Positions 1 to 11,021 of a DNA stretch of 64,000 nt are shown here, piece by piece (position 1 is the stretch's first letter; each line of letters starts with the position of its first letter). Position numbers and translations under genes: made by a program. The DNA comes from a virus, in the IMG/VR virus record IMGVR_UViG_3300042868_010004, positions 1-64,000 of that record; one strand, given 5' to 3'. The notes beneath the pieces were generated by a model. That model worked only from the letters and a program-made list of their open reading frames with translations, had not been told where the DNA came from and ran no database searches.

Positions 1-156
1 CGTTGTAGCGCGGGGAAGTTCTCACGTTGAAGCGTGGGGAAGTTCTCACGTTGTAGCGTGGGAAAGTTCTCACGTTGAAGCGTGGGAAAGTTCTCACGTT
101 GAAGCGTGGGGAAGTTCTCACGTTGAAGCGTGGGGAAGTTCTCACGTTGTAGCGTC
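1..156 (+). repeat. About 6.5 in-frame tandem copies of a 24-bp unit (GTT GWA GCG YGG GRA AGT TCT CAC) encoding V(V/E)A(W/R)(G/E)SSH
   Basis: Units are directly adjacent, with no spacers, and lie in the open frame starting at base 2. Confidence 0.95.
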
Positions 157-676
157 GAATGAGGTCGCTATCCATAATCATTCCGCCTCAACCGTTATTG
201 AAATCGCGGGTTACGCTGTTATTTTCGCGCTTAAGATCGCCAAGTTTATCAAAAAGTCGGAAACTTCGACTATTATCAATCTACCCCCTCGCCAATACAG
301 TGTCGAAGAATGGAATGAGCGAGAAAATACCGACAAAAACGAAGATAAAATTATTCTTTACAAGAAAGTGTCTTCCGACTGGAAAACTCAAGAAGGGGAA
401 AAGAATGAGACGGTTTGGCTGGTCGGCTCAGTCATGAGTCATCCATCTTGGAATCCATCAGAGGAAGAGTGCGGTGAAGGTAAATTCCACGCATGTTCAC
501 GGGCTTATTTCTGCGATGAGTTTCGGGATAAGCCTAATGACCGATATATCGCGATTGAGGTTGATCCGTCTGATATGTTTACTTGGTCAGAGCCGTCTTA
601 TCCGCATAAAGCTGCATTTAAGGCAGGGAAAGTTCTTTATGAATGTGATCGCTACGGGAAAAAGATTAACGGATAA
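2..676 (+). CDS. 5'-truncated phage protein: octapeptide-repeat N-terminus plus a DUF7666-like domain (YKKV...ECGEGKFHAC...RYIAIEV)
   Basis: Frame 2 is open from base 2 to TAA at 674-676 and includes track ORF 368..676. The family call is by recall. Confidence 0.8.
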   Translation, partial: VVARGSSHVEAWGSSHVVAWESSHVEAWESSHVEAWGSSHVEAWGSSHVVASNEVAIHNHSASTVIEIAGYAVIFALKIAKFIKKSETSTIINLPPRQYSVEEWNERENTDKNEDKIILYKKVSSDWKTQEGEKNETVWLVGSVMSHPSWNPSEEECGEGKFHACSRAYFCDEFRDKPNDRYIAIEVDPSDMFTWSEPSYPHKAAFKAGKVLYECDRYGKKING

Positions 677-792
677 CCGACATTGCAAACCCCCTAAACG
701 GGCTCGGAATTTCTCTTGACCAGAATCGGGGTTTCCCCTATCGTTCTATCAGGTCAGACAACTAAAATAAAAACAAACCAATAAACAAAAAA

Positions 793-1652
793 ATGAATAG
801 CATTATTACCAATAAGCCCGCCAAGGATAAGGTTCACGTATATTTGGAGGAACTCTTTAAGGAAAAGTTCGGCGTCTTCCTTGAAATTCATCACACCCAA
901 TTTAATCCGCCCGTTCGTTTGCCTCATAGTCGGAAGACAATCCGTGCGCGAACTGCTGTTATGGCATACAAAGATCGGGCCGAGGTGGATATTGCTAATT
1001 CGGCACCGGGAACTGTAAAACCGCTGGCGATTACTGAATCTTGTTGTGCGGCAAATGATGTTTTTGTAAAGCGAGAGGGGCTTCGCTTGGCTTTGCACCG
1101 GCTTTATCGTGAATTGTCCGCGAAGAAAAAGAACGGGGAAATCTGAATGAATATCAATCTGAATAGCCGCTGTAAAGTCATATTGACCCAATACGGGGCC
1201 GATCATTACAATCGCATTCACGCTTTCATGGGGAAGAACGCCCCAGCAGAAAAAACAGAAGGGGACCGTTTAGAAGATCCGATTTGGAGTCTGATGCATG
1301 ATTTTGGAGAGGTTTGCTGGCACGGTAATCCAAGCATCCCATTCAGAGACATGAAGATTGAAGTGCTGAACTAAAAGCAAGTTTATTAAATATGGAAATC
1401 ACATACATTGAACCGTATAAGTGGCCGGAGAAAACTCAAACGAACAGTCTGGTTAATTATATTGAATCGGAATTGACAAATACCGGTTATGATACGAGGG
1501 GTGTCGCCGAAAATGCCAAAGAGATTGCCCAGAATAACTCTGCCATGCTCGCCCGCCTGATTGATGTTTTGACGGAAAATCGCACGCTGAGTGTTTTTGA
1601 TATTAAGAAGATTGTTGGGAATTCGGACGAAATTGTAAAAATTGACCAATAG
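793..1652 (+). CDS. Three small hypothetical proteins (793-1146, 1147-1374, 1392-1652)
   Basis: Tightly packed ORFs after the promoter at 716, with A-rich leaders. Confidence 0.75.
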
Positions 1653-1661
1653 GACTGAATT

Positions 1662-2024
1662 ATGAATCAGAATCGAATACTGAAATTCCGAGTTTGGTGC
1701 AAAGTCAGCAATCGTTATGAATATAACTGGCAAAAAGTTATTTCAAGTCATTTGAATTACCGAGATGAAAAATGCCACAACGGAATTGACGCCACCTCTG
1801 ATGATTTACTGGTCTTCCAACAATTTACCGGACTAAAAGACGAAAATGATCGGGAGATTTATGAAGGGGATATTTTGGAACAGTTTGATAATTCAAAATT
1901 GCGAAGCCAGATTATTTTTAAAGACGGTATGTTTTGCGATGGCGAAAATAGCTTGATTGCGTTCGCTAGGTATAGCAAAATTATCGGAAATATCTTTGAG
2001 AATCCAGAACTAATTCAATCCTGA
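1662..2024 (+). CDS. YopX-family protein
   Basis: Motifs KFRVW, QFTGLKDEND-EIYEGDIL and IIGNIFENPELI. Confidence 0.9.
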   Translation: MNQNRILKFRVWCKVSNRYEYNWQKVISSHLNYRDEKCHNGIDATSDDLLVFQQFTGLKDENDREIYEGDILEQFDNSKLRSQIIFKDGMFCDGENSLIAFARYSKIIGNIFENPELIQS

Positions 2025-2260
2025 TGTCCGATCCGATCACCCAAACTCTCTCCCGCTCTTTCGGTTTCCAATTTCGGAATTCGGACCTACAAGGCACCCT
2101 GATTAACCTCAATCCCGGACAAGCCTCAGTCCGAACTGATGTGTATACATTCTGGGCGGAAAAAGAATTTCAGAATTTGCAGGATTTCTTCTCCGAAGTC
2201 TGCCCGACTCAGGAAGAGCAAGCGGAAATTTTAAATACGATCAACAAACTAATCAAATAG
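2024..2260 (+). CDS. Hypothetical protein
   Basis: TGATG overlap with the upstream stop. Confidence 0.75.
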   Translation: MSDPITQTLSRSFGFQFRNSDLQGTLINLNPGQASVRTDVYTFWAEKEFQNLQDFFSEVCPTQEEQAEILNTINKLIK

Positions 2261-2308
2261 ACAAAAAAACAGAAAACAATTAATTAAAAACCAACAAATT
2301 ATCACACC

Positions 2309-2916
2309 ATGCCCTCCTCATACACCGCATACATCCTAGAAGATAAACTCGCAAACCTTCCGATTTCACCAAGATTTGCGCCCGCGCTTTCGGGGCCTGC
2401 ATTAACCAGCGGGACGATTCTCTGGAGGCCCCTCTGGAAATCCCCAAGGCAGAAACAAAATATTACGAAGATTCCTTAAAAGACGCCGAGAAGAAGATTC
2501 AAAAACTGATCCGCATGAATAAGGCACAGCGAATTAATTATGGCAAGAAAGTGATTCGCGAAGGTATTAGATCCGCCAAGGCGTCTATTGAAAAACATAA
2601 TAAAAACAAGGAAAAACTCGAAAAGGCCTTACTTTGGGTTTATTCATACGCTCCGCCTACCCCCGATCATGTTAACTTTAAGGATTTCATGGTGAAACAG
2701 ATTGAGGAAACTATGAAGTGGGATGGAAGTGACTCCTATTATCAAAAGGCTCTGTCGGATTATCAGGAAATGACCCCGCTTCAGATTTGGGCCGACCACC
2801 TCACGATGGCAGTTGAGGATATTCCCCGGAACGAAAAGAAAATTCAGGAAGAGATCGAGCGGGCAAACGGACGGGCGGAATGGATTAACAAACTAATTGA
2901 ATCCGTTCGGAATTAA
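2309..2916 (+). pseudogene. Phage protein (MPSSYTAYIL...CARAFGAC..QRDD) split by a -1 frameshift near 2345-2360
   Basis: ATG 2309 (frame 2) follows an A-rich leader. Frame 1 after TAA 2344 reads TRKPSDFTKICARAFGAC and runs into track ORF 2515..2916. Confidence 0.75.
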
Positions 2917-2941
2917 TACTAAAACAATACAAACAAACCAA

Positions 2942-3406
2942 ATGTCAGCAACCCCAACACTCCTGAACGAGACAGGAAAATTCTACCTTGACAATCAGAA
3001 TTCGGAATATGTCACGCTGGCCTTCTCAGGTGACGATGCTTTCCTAAAACGGACAGAAAATTTCCTCTACAATTACGGGGTTCTCCGCTCCGGCTCCGTC
3101 CATAAACTGAAAGACCAATTCAATTACATACACTGTCCACTCAGCCGTTTGGATGAGGCTTTAATGAGTTGTTTTCGCGGGGAGATCATAAAAGAGAAAT
3201 CTTCCGAAATTGACTACATCGTGAAGATGATTTGTGATGAGGTCGGTGATGAGATCGACTGCCAGATTGAGTGGAACGAACAGAAAGTCACTGATCTAGC
3301 CAACGAAAGGGCAAACCTCTTTATGGAACGGATTGAACGGGTCAGTCTGAATATTTATTCGGAGAATGCCGGAGAGTCAGAGGTTTATACCTTGGGTCGA
3401 GTTTAG
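2942..3406 (+). CDS. Hypothetical protein
   Basis: ATG 2942 follows an AC-rich leader; it is in frame with track ORF 2897. Confidence 0.75.
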   Translation: MSATPTLLNETGKFYLDNQNSEYVTLAFSGDDAFLKRTENFLYNYGVLRSGSVHKLKDQFNYIHCPLSRLDEALMSCFRGEIIKEKSSEIDYIVKMICDEVGDEIDCQIEWNEQKVTDLANERANLFMERIERVSLNIYSENAGESEVYTLGRV

Positions 3407-3470
3407 TGGCTTGACAAGTTCGCCGATTCTGTCACCGTCTGTCTGAACAACCTAATAAAGAATTATCCGT

Positions 3471-5606
3471 ATGATACTTGAAACCGAAAACCGTCCCGTC
3501 TCTCGCTCTGGTATTTTTGAAGAGACCGAATTTAAAATATCGACCTCCGCTCATGTAATGCGGATTTTGCGAACTGGCGTTTATAGTAATAAGACGCTTT
3601 GCACCCTCAGAGAATTCGCAAGTAATTCGCAAGACGCTCATACAGAGGCACTTATAAAAGACCGCCCGATTGAAATTCAACTGCCGACCCTGCTTGAACC
3701 AACTCTAAAAATCCGTGATTTCGGACGATCCATGAGTCACGAGACGGTCATGGAATTATATTCAACCTACGGCCTCTCTACTAAATCAGAGTCCAATGAA
3801 TATATTGGAATGATGGGCATCGGAAAGTTCGCCGGGTTTGCCTATTCCCCTTCTTTTCAAGTCTCTTGCATTCAGAACAGAATCAAGCGGGTTTACAACA
3901 TGTACCTCAACGAGTCTGATAAGGGTGCGATTGCCCTTTTGATGACAGTTCAGACCGAAGAGGAAGACGGAACGGAGGTCTCCATTGAGGTCAAACAGTC
4001 TGATGTCTCATCCTTTATTTCCGAAGCTCGCGGCCTCTTTCGTTTCTGGGAACCCCATCCAATCATTGTGCCCGGATCGGATTACGAACGAATTGAAAAC
4101 AAATGGCATCTCCGAATGGAAGATTGGGGCTTCCGAGTGGGCTCAAATGGCGAATCTTATATTGTTATGGGCGGGGTGCCGTATAAGATTAACTATTCGG
4201 AAATTCAGAATCTTTCCAGTTTCTATCAAAAGTTGCTATCAAAACAACTTGTCATTTTTTGCAAGATTGGTGATGTTGATGTTTCAGCCTCCCGCGAAAA
4301 TGTCAGCCTGACGAAAAAAACAACCGACTTCATTAAATCTTTCCTTCATAAAGTAGAAAACGAAATTCGGCAGTCAATTGAACAGAAGATGGACGGAATT
4401 AAGACCGAATACGAGGCGCGGAAGCTCTACCTCGATCTTTTTAATGAACAGGGCGAGCTGAATATCGTCAAAGACATTATCAAAGATTCAATCAAAATTA
4501 AATTCGGAGAGACTGAAATTCTCGGTCCTGAATTTTCCACACCATTCCCCCATTTTGTCTCCTATTTTCGCCGGGATAAACAATGGAAGCGGCGAATTAC
4601 GGTCGATCAATATACAATCAAATCCAGTATTTTGTCGTGGGAAAAGCATCAAAAAGAGGATTCCGTCCCCCGTGTTTTCTACGATCTGAAAGAGCGAGGG
4701 AGCGGCAAGATTCGGAATCTCTCCCGATTTTATTTTGAACAGAATCAGTTCGGAGATAATAAATGTATTTGGATTGTCCAGCCAGAAAGCGTCGAACAGT
4801 TGCAGTCCTTTTGCTCTGAGAAGGGAATTGATTTCGGCCTCTTTCATGATATTGATTCCGTCATCCAACTTCCTGTCAAGCCAAGGGCGGAACGTTGCTC
4901 GGCTGTAACTCAGAAGCCCGATAGTTTTTACAACTGTTGGGCATACGATCCGGAGGACTGCCTAGAACAGAAATTTGAGGAATATAATGTCCCCGGATCG
5001 AACCTTGAATATTGCAATGTGGAATTTGATTCAAAACCGGGTTACTTTTTGATTCGTGACGGAAAGAATATTCCGTATGAGACCCGCCTTGGTGAATTGG
5101 TTAATCTGCTGGGTGATTTCTACCCTGAATTCAAGGAATGCCCGGTCATCCATGTTTTCTCCTCTCGTTATCGGAAAAAGTTGGTAGAGAACGGCTGGCA
5201 TGAATTGGGAACTGCTCTGAAGAATTTTATTCAAAAGGAGTGGGATGCTTTCAAGCCTCAGAAGATTAATTTCACTAAGATGGATTACGGTCTTCCATGT
5301 TTTTCTTACGAGGCTATTAAGGCTCTCCATGAGATTTTTGAGGCCGGTAAGGTTCAGTCCAAACTGATTTCCAATTTGTTTGAGCTGGTGAGCGAATCAG
5401 GCTGCGACTCCTTACCGCATCATAATTGGGGGGCGGCATTATTTTGTGCAAAACCGGACCTTAGCAAAGAAGAGCTGCGTATGAAAGAAAAGGCCGGGGA
5501 GATTTGGAAGAAAATGTTTGACAAGACCCCCTTGCTCCGGCATATTCCGTGTCAGAACTGGGGTGAGCCCGAAGTTCTAACCTATATTCAAAACAATTTA
5601 AAATGA
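3471..5606 (+). CDS. rIIA: RIIA-like protein with an N-terminal GHKL/HATPase domain
   Basis: LREFASNSQDAH, KIRDFGRSM, YSTYGLSTK..SNEYIGMMGIGKF and GTEV motifs; 711 aa; an rIIB-like gene lies downstream. Confidence 0.9.
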   Translation: MILETENRPVSRSGIFEETEFKISTSAHVMRILRTGVYSNKTLCTLREFASNSQDAHTEALIKDRPIEIQLPTLLEPTLKIRDFGRSMSHETVMELYSTYGLSTKSESNEYIGMMGIGKFAGFAYSPSFQVSCIQNRIKRVYNMYLNESDKGAIALLMTVQTEEEDGTEVSIEVKQSDVSSFISEARGLFRFWEPHPIIVPGSDYERIENKWHLRMEDWGFRVGSNGESYIVMGGVPYKINYSEIQNLSSFYQKLLSKQLVIFCKIGDVDVSASRENVSLTKKTTDFIKSFLHKVENEIRQSIEQKMDGIKTEYEARKLYLDLFNEQGELNIVKDIIKDSIKIKFGETEILGPEFSTPFPHFVSYFRRDKQWKRRITVDQYTIKSSILSWEKHQKEDSVPRVFYDLKERGSGKIRNLSRFYFEQNQFGDNKCIWIVQPESVEQLQSFCSEKGIDFGLFHDIDSVIQLPVKPRAERCSAVTQKPDSFYNCWAYDPEDCLEQKFEEYNVPGSNLEYCNVEFDSKPGYFLIRDGKNIPYETRLGELVNLLGDFYPEFKECPVIHVFSSRYRKKLVENGWHELGTALKNFIQKEWDAFKPQKINFTKMDYGLPCFSYEAIKALHEIFEAGKVQSKLISNLFELVSESGCDSLPHHNWGAALFCAKPDLSKEELRMKEKAGEIWKKMFDKTPLLRHIPCQNWGEPEVLTYIQNNLK

Positions 5607-6092
5607 AAATTTTGCAAACATTTGAATCAGACGAGTATAATGCACTTCTTACTGCGCTTTATAATGCGGCAGAAGCAGAATATAACTTGGAAGGATCAGA
5701 GAAAGTTTACAAATACCTTGAGGAAATTCCAAAAACCTCTTTGGTTGTAGAGTTAACTGGAGAGCTGCACCGCCTTGGCTTCAAAATTGTAAAAACTAAA
5801 TAAAAAAATACAAATTATGACCCCCGAACAAAAACAACTCCTATCTGTATCTCGTAAGTCTCTCGACTTAATGCATGTAGCTGAAAAGGAAATCCTTGGT
5901 GATGATGGCGATGCGTGGTGCGCCTTTTGGGATGCCTTATGCGATATTACCGGCGCAGAACAGGTAAATGACTGGGGGAAGCATTGGACCGACCCCCGAA
6001 TTCTTCTATCTGCGACTCCCGAACAACGAGCGCAAGCTATTGAAACTATTTTTTCAAACCAAAACCAAACACAAGAAATCAATCATGAGTAA
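5603..6092 (+). CDS. Two small hypothetical proteins between rIIA and rIIB (5603-5803, 5817-6092)
   Basis: Coupled or overlapping ORFs. Confidence 0.75.
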
Positions 6093-7056
6093 TTCAACTG
6101 CCCTGCCTTTCCTTTATTCCCCAGACTTCATCACCGTTGTCTGCCAGAAGCCCCATACGATCTATTCAAACGATCATCGTTATGGTAAACTTTTGGCGGC
6201 AATTAAAGACAAGCAGTGGGATCTTGTCCCTCAGATTGTTTCCCTGCCGAAAGCTATTTCTCTTTTTTCTTTCGGGAAAGTCAAAATCTTCGAGGGTCAA
6301 GTCATGTATAAAGATAAACCTCTCCATAATTCAGTCACAGAACGAATCCTTGAATTCATCCGAGAGGGTTTTCCTTTTGAATCTCTTGTTCGATTCCTTG
6401 ATAATCTAATGGAGAATCCAACCCAAAGTTCAATCGAGATGGTTTTCGAATATCTCCAGCGATATAAGATGCCAATTGGCGATGACGGCGCGGTTTATGG
6501 CATGAAGGCTATCAAGGCGAATTATACCGATAAATGGACCGGAAAGATTAATAATAAGCCGGGTCAGTATAATAAGATGCCGCGAGAGGAAATTAGCTGC
6601 GATCCGGATTGTGCTTTCGGCCCCGGTTTTCATCACGGCTTTGAAGATTTTGTTCGCGATTATGGTTCTGGCGATGATCGAGTTGTCTTGACCAAGTTTT
6701 TTCCGAAGGATGTTTGTCGGATTCCGGTGGACGCCTGTTATCAGAAGATTGTCGTTTCGGAATACGAAGTTGTGGCTGATCTTGGCACTGTGAAAGATTT
6801 TGGGAATTTCAGTTCAAACTATGCCCCGAATAGCAATGTAAGTTCGGAGTTTGTTCAAGTGGACAACGAAGAAAAGGCAAGACAAGTAGAAGGCAAGGAT
6901 TGGGAAACTGTTTCCGCAGACAAGGCATATAAACTCCATAGAGAAGGAGGTTTTGGCCTGATTTCTTTTCAGTTCAACGGTAATGATATTATCTATCAGG
7001 AGCCAAAACGTCCGCGCTCTTTCTTCCGGAAATACAATGATTGGGTAATTGCATAA
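6085..7056 (+). CDS. rIIB: RIIB-like protein
   Basis: FLDNLMENP, DDGAVYGMKAI, MPREE..CDP....GFH, PKDVCRIP and YEVV motifs; downstream of rIIA; start placed at ATG 6085. Confidence 0.88.
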   Translation: MSNSTALPFLYSPDFITVVCQKPHTIYSNDHRYGKLLAAIKDKQWDLVPQIVSLPKAISLFSFGKVKIFEGQVMYKDKPLHNSVTERILEFIREGFPFESLVRFLDNLMENPTQSSIEMVFEYLQRYKMPIGDDGAVYGMKAIKANYTDKWTGKINNKPGQYNKMPREEISCDPDCAFGPGFHHGFEDFVRDYGSGDDRVVLTKFFPKDVCRIPVDACYQKIVVSEYEVVADLGTVKDFGNFSSNYAPNSNVSSEFVQVDNEEKARQVEGKDWETVSADKAYKLHREGGFGLISFQFNGNDIIYQEPKRPRSFFRKYNDWVIA

Positions 7057-7092
7057 TTTAAGTTAGAAAAACAAATAAATAAAAAACAAAAC

Positions 7093-9474
7093 ATGAACGA
7101 AAATACTGCAAATAACACCGTTAATACCTCCGCTAATCTGTCTGTTTGGACCGCTCGAAAGGGTGATGTCATTCTTGCTCAGTCCGATTCCGAAAAAGGC
7201 GCGTGGCGTCTTCTCGGAGTGCGCGGGAAAAAACAAAAGGCGGCTCTGATTGCGGCTGGATTTGAAGTTCAATCCTCCTAACAGAAAAACAAACTCAAAC
7301 CATTTTTTAAAAATGCAAAGCGATGGCGAACAACGAATTTACCCACTGACCCACTCTGATTACATTCTAGAATGGGGACGGCGCGGCGAAGTAATCTCAG
7401 AGCTGGAAAAACAACTAGGGAAATATTCCGAAGTTCTGTTTGATGGTTATCTCGTTTATTCAAATCTGACCGAAGCCGAACAAAAATTCACAACCCCAGA
7501 GAATGTTTCGGCGGTTCTGGATGCATTCAACCGCGCCCTCAAACACAAAAGTAAAACAAAATGAACCCCAAGAAATATAAACTCCCAGATGGAAGGGTAA
7601 CGTCTTCACCCTCTCGATATACCAGAGAGTGGAATAAGCTGGCAAATCCGGTTGCGGCTGCTCTTAATTGCGACATTGTTAGTTTAGATCCCTCCGTTCA
7701 CCTAATAGAAAAGGGCCGCTCCAAAGGTTTTCAACTTTCAACTACTGTCGCTCAGAGAATTAAAGATTTGTACACTGGAACCAGTCTTTGATTTTATGCC
7801 GGTCAGAATTCTACCTCCGACTCCCGCTCCGCCTGTCCCGCAAGGCTTTATCCGGCACCAGTTTGTCTTAGTAGTAGATGACGCCGAATTTCAGAAAGAA
7901 ATGAGTCGGACGGATTATGAAGTCAGCCCGTTTTACGATTTCATCAGTCGGTATTTCTGCGGGGACGTTTTGTTAGTTGAGAAGGTTTTAGAGGGGGATT
8001 TCCATGGCTGGCATCTCTGGATTGATTATTCGGAGGAGGATCACGCGAATTTCTTTCCGGAGAAGACAAAAAACGAGATTGACAAGACAAATAAGGCTCC
8101 CTAGTTTCTCCGCATGCTCGATCCTATTTATCGCCTGAAATTCATGCAAATCTATTCGGAGGCTATCGCACAGAATTATAGTGGCTGCGAGGCGCGGGAT
8201 CTAGCCGAGCTGAGTATTAATAACAAATTATTTCATCAACCCACCCAAAATCTTTCGCCCAATGGCCCGCTTCATTATGTTGACCCTCTGCCTGATAGTT
8301 CTCGGCTCGATCCTTCTATCCAAACTTTGTAAGATTATTTTCTGAAAACAAAGAAAACCGCTTGACAGAAAAGATTCAATCTGAAAATCTCCTCCAATGA
8401 ACAATAAATATCTACACCTTGCAATAGTCATTGCCGCCCTGTCTTTCCTATATTTCAAGTTTTACCGGAAGGAAACCCCGCCGCCCGCTCCCCCGCCTTC
8501 TGTCCGAATTGTCGAGCCGCCCCCGGCACCGCTTGTTGATACGGAATTTCTGATTGTAAATAAGGTTATGATTCCCGGAAAGATCATTAATACGAACGAA
8601 AAGTCAAGGTTCGATGGCCGGACAATTCAGAAAAATATTCCCCCGGTGCATTATTTGGTGATTCGCGGGACGGCGACCGGGAAGGAAAATGAAATTGAGG
8701 TTGGGCATATTGTTTTTAATGGAGTCCGCATCGGCGAGAGATATTCGGCGGAACAGATTCGGAAGATGGGAAATTAAGAAAATTAAAATGAAATACCGAA
8801 TACTCACACGCTGGCCGAAATCAAAACCGAGCTGGGGATACCTGCCGGAACACGATGGCGTAACGCTCACCCGCGCCCGCTCTATCGTGAATGGCGCGAA
8901 ACACTGGCAACCATGCGGACTACAGCAGCGCATTACGACAACCGGCGGGCGAATCATAAGCACGCATCGAAGCCGGATCGTCTCCCAGCAACGACAAGAC
9001 ATAATCCGCCGGACCTACCTTCCAGAGATCTTCACCTAATAATCCTTTATGACAATTCTTGATATAATTAACAAGGCGGGGATGGAAAACATTAAAGTTC
9101 AGACCATGCACGGATCTCTCGTGAAAATGCATAAGAAAAAGCATGATACTGAATTAACTATTGCTACCGAGCATGAAAAAGGTGGAAGCGTTGCCCGCGA
9201 ATCAAACGGAATTGAAGGGGACTACCTCGGGCTGATCCTTTGGGTGCCTCGTAAGAATTTGAAATAAAAGGGTCTGCGTGTGATTATCTTCAAATATCAA
9301 ATAAAGAAGCTGCTGAAAGAAGCAGAAGAGAAAGGTTTCGCGCGGGGCTATGCGAAAGGCTGTTTGGATGGGTATCGAAATTGTGAGACTCATTCTCAAG
9401 AGGCTTTCCGGCATGCAATGGAGTTGTATAAACATGAGGTTCGGACTGGTCGCCGGGGGATTGGCAAGGAGTAA
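7093..9474 (+). CDS. Run of small hypothetical proteins: 7093-7281, 7313-7564, 7561-7791, 7796-8104, 8114-8332, 8397-8777 (N-terminal TM plus Pro-rich linker), 8788-9039, 9049-9267, 9280-9474
   Basis: Contiguous + strand ORFs with short gaps; grouped because no function is recognisable. Confidence 0.7.
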
Positions 9475-9475
9475 A

Positions 9476-9937
9476 ATGTTTTCCGTCCGAAAGTTTAATC
9501 TCGGCAAGACCACTCCGAATAATCCAATTTGGGATCAATTGCTTAGTCTGACTGTTCCGCGTTGGGCCGCACGGAGATACTTTAAGGGAATACGGGCTGG
9601 TTTGTATCCGGAGGGGAAATTCAATCTGTTGGCAGTCTTTGATAAGACAACAGAAAGAAAGGATCGCATGATTGCTTGGGGATTCTCTGGCGAGTTTGAT
9701 CCTTCCGAATATCCTGTTCTTTGGATATACACTGATCCTGAATTTCGCGGACAAGGCATACAAAAAGAGATTGTCATTCCGTATTTCAATCAGAAGAAGG
9801 ATTGTTTTTGTGTCATGATGAGGACGGCTGGGCAAAAGAAAATTTTCGGTGCTTTGAGGAAAAAAATCGACATTTCGGGTCGAAATCCAGTTGACAAGAG
9901 CCAATCTGATCAACAGGATGGCCTCCGATTTGCTTAA
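9476..9937 (+). CDS. GNAT-family acetyltransferase
   Basis: Acetyl-CoA motif A: IYTDPEFRGQGIQK. Confidence 0.7.
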   Translation: MFSVRKFNLGKTTPNNPIWDQLLSLTVPRWAARRYFKGIRAGLYPEGKFNLLAVFDKTTERKDRMIAWGFSGEFDPSEYPVLWIYTDPEFRGQGIQKEIVIPYFNQKKDCFCVMMRTAGQKKIFGALRKKIDISGRNPVDKSQSDQQDGLRFA

Positions 9938-9956
9938 AAAATCTGTAATATCTGTA

Positions 9957-10394
9957 ATGGAAAACCAAAACCAAACAACCAATTTTTCCGATCTTAAACT
10001 TGCCCGGAACTATATCGGAAAGGCGGATAATGCAAGATCTCGCGGGATCGAATTCAGCCTGAGTTTCACCGCGTATAAGAATTTAATGAGGGCGAAAAAA
10101 TGTCAAGTCACTGGAACTATTCTGACTGACCCCCGCCCGCAAAAAGACCTTCTGGCGACTGACCGAACGATTGACCGGATTGATTCTAAGAAAGGATACG
10201 TTTCCGGTAATGTCATGGCGGTCTGTCATGCTGTTAATGGCTTTAAGTCATTTTTTGAGAATGGGAATCACAATAAAATCATCACGCCGGAAATCGGAAT
10301 GAAAATTCTCGGAAAAATGGTTGACAAGACTGGGGAAGCGGGTAGAGTGGTTAAAGTTAAGACAAGTAATGTAAACGATCCGATTCCAAATTAA
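9957..10394 (+). CDS. T4 Srd-like / His-Me-finger-like protein
   Basis: ARSRGIEFSLSF..YKNLM..KKCQVTG...TIDRIDSKKGYVSGNVMAVC resembles the recalled N-terminal half of T4 Srd. Confidence 0.6.
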   Translation: MENQNQTTNFSDLKLARNYIGKADNARSRGIEFSLSFTAYKNLMRAKKCQVTGTILTDPRPQKDLLATDRTIDRIDSKKGYVSGNVMAVCHAVNGFKSFFENGNHNKIITPEIGMKILGKMVDKTGEAGRVVKVKTSNVNDPIPN

Positions 10395-10422
10395 AAAACA
10401 AACTTAAAAAACAAAAAAAAAT

Positions 10423-10785
10423 ATGAAAAAATACACAGTATATCAGGAGGGGCGCAAAACTCCAATTTCCGTGAATGCAGAAGAGTATTCCCGAAATGGG
10501 AACGTTTACTTCTTCATGGTTAAAGGCTCTGTTATTCAAACGATCCACAATGTCATTTCGGTTCGAGCGGAGGAAATTCCTCTTTCCGATGCGGAAATCA
10601 TCGCCTATCTTAAAGAAAAGCTGAGTCGGGCAGAAGGGATGGCGGAGAAATATAAGGATCTTTGCCGCCGAAAAGGCGAGGCCCTCTCTAGTATTCGTTC
10701 TCTCGCCCATGAAGTTGAATTTGGCTCGCGGAAAACTGCACTCGAAAGTATTTATAAAAAGACTGGGGAGGCGTATTCATTCTGA
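10423..10785 (+). CDS. Hypothetical protein with a coiled-coil C-terminus
   Basis: Strong A-rich leader; 120-aa ORF. Confidence 0.75.
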   Translation: MKKYTVYQEGRKTPISVNAEEYSRNGNVYFFMVKGSVIQTIHNVISVRAEEIPLSDAEIIAYLKEKLSRAEGMAEKYKDLCRRKGEALSSIRSLAHEVEFGSRKTALESIYKKTGEAYSF

Positions 10786-10818
10786 GGGTTGATTAATTGT
10801 CTTAATTGTTCTTTTTCC

Positions 10819-10894
10819 GAGTCGGTAGCTCAACTAGAAGAGCGTTGCCCTCCGAAGGCAAAGGTTGAAGATTCGATTTCTTCTCGACTCGCCA
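10819..10894 (+). tRNA. tRNA-Arg(CCG)
   Basis: GAGTCGG/TCGACTC acceptor, GCTC/GAGC D-stem, TTGCC-CT CCG AA-GGCAA, GAAGA-TTCGATT-TCTTC, G-CCA end. Confidence 0.93.
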
Positions 10895-10920
10895 CTTTTT
10901 GTTCTTTTTAGATAGTTTTT

Positions 10921-10997
10921 GCGCGATTGGTGTTTAACGGTCAGCACGCGAGTTTTCCAAACTTGATGTAAGGATTCAACTTCCTTATCGCGCTCCA
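10921..10997 (+). tRNA. tRNA-Gly(TCC)
   Basis: GCGCGAT/ATCGCGC acceptor, CGAGT-TT TCC AA-ACTTG, AAGGA-TTCAACT-TCCTT, T-CCA end. Confidence 0.93.
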
Positions 10998-11021
10998 TTT
11001 TTGTTCTTTTTTAGAATTTTT

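Noticed and set aside
1-156. CRISPR array
   Set aside because: The repeats are contiguous with no unique spacers and are in-frame coding; there are no cas genes.
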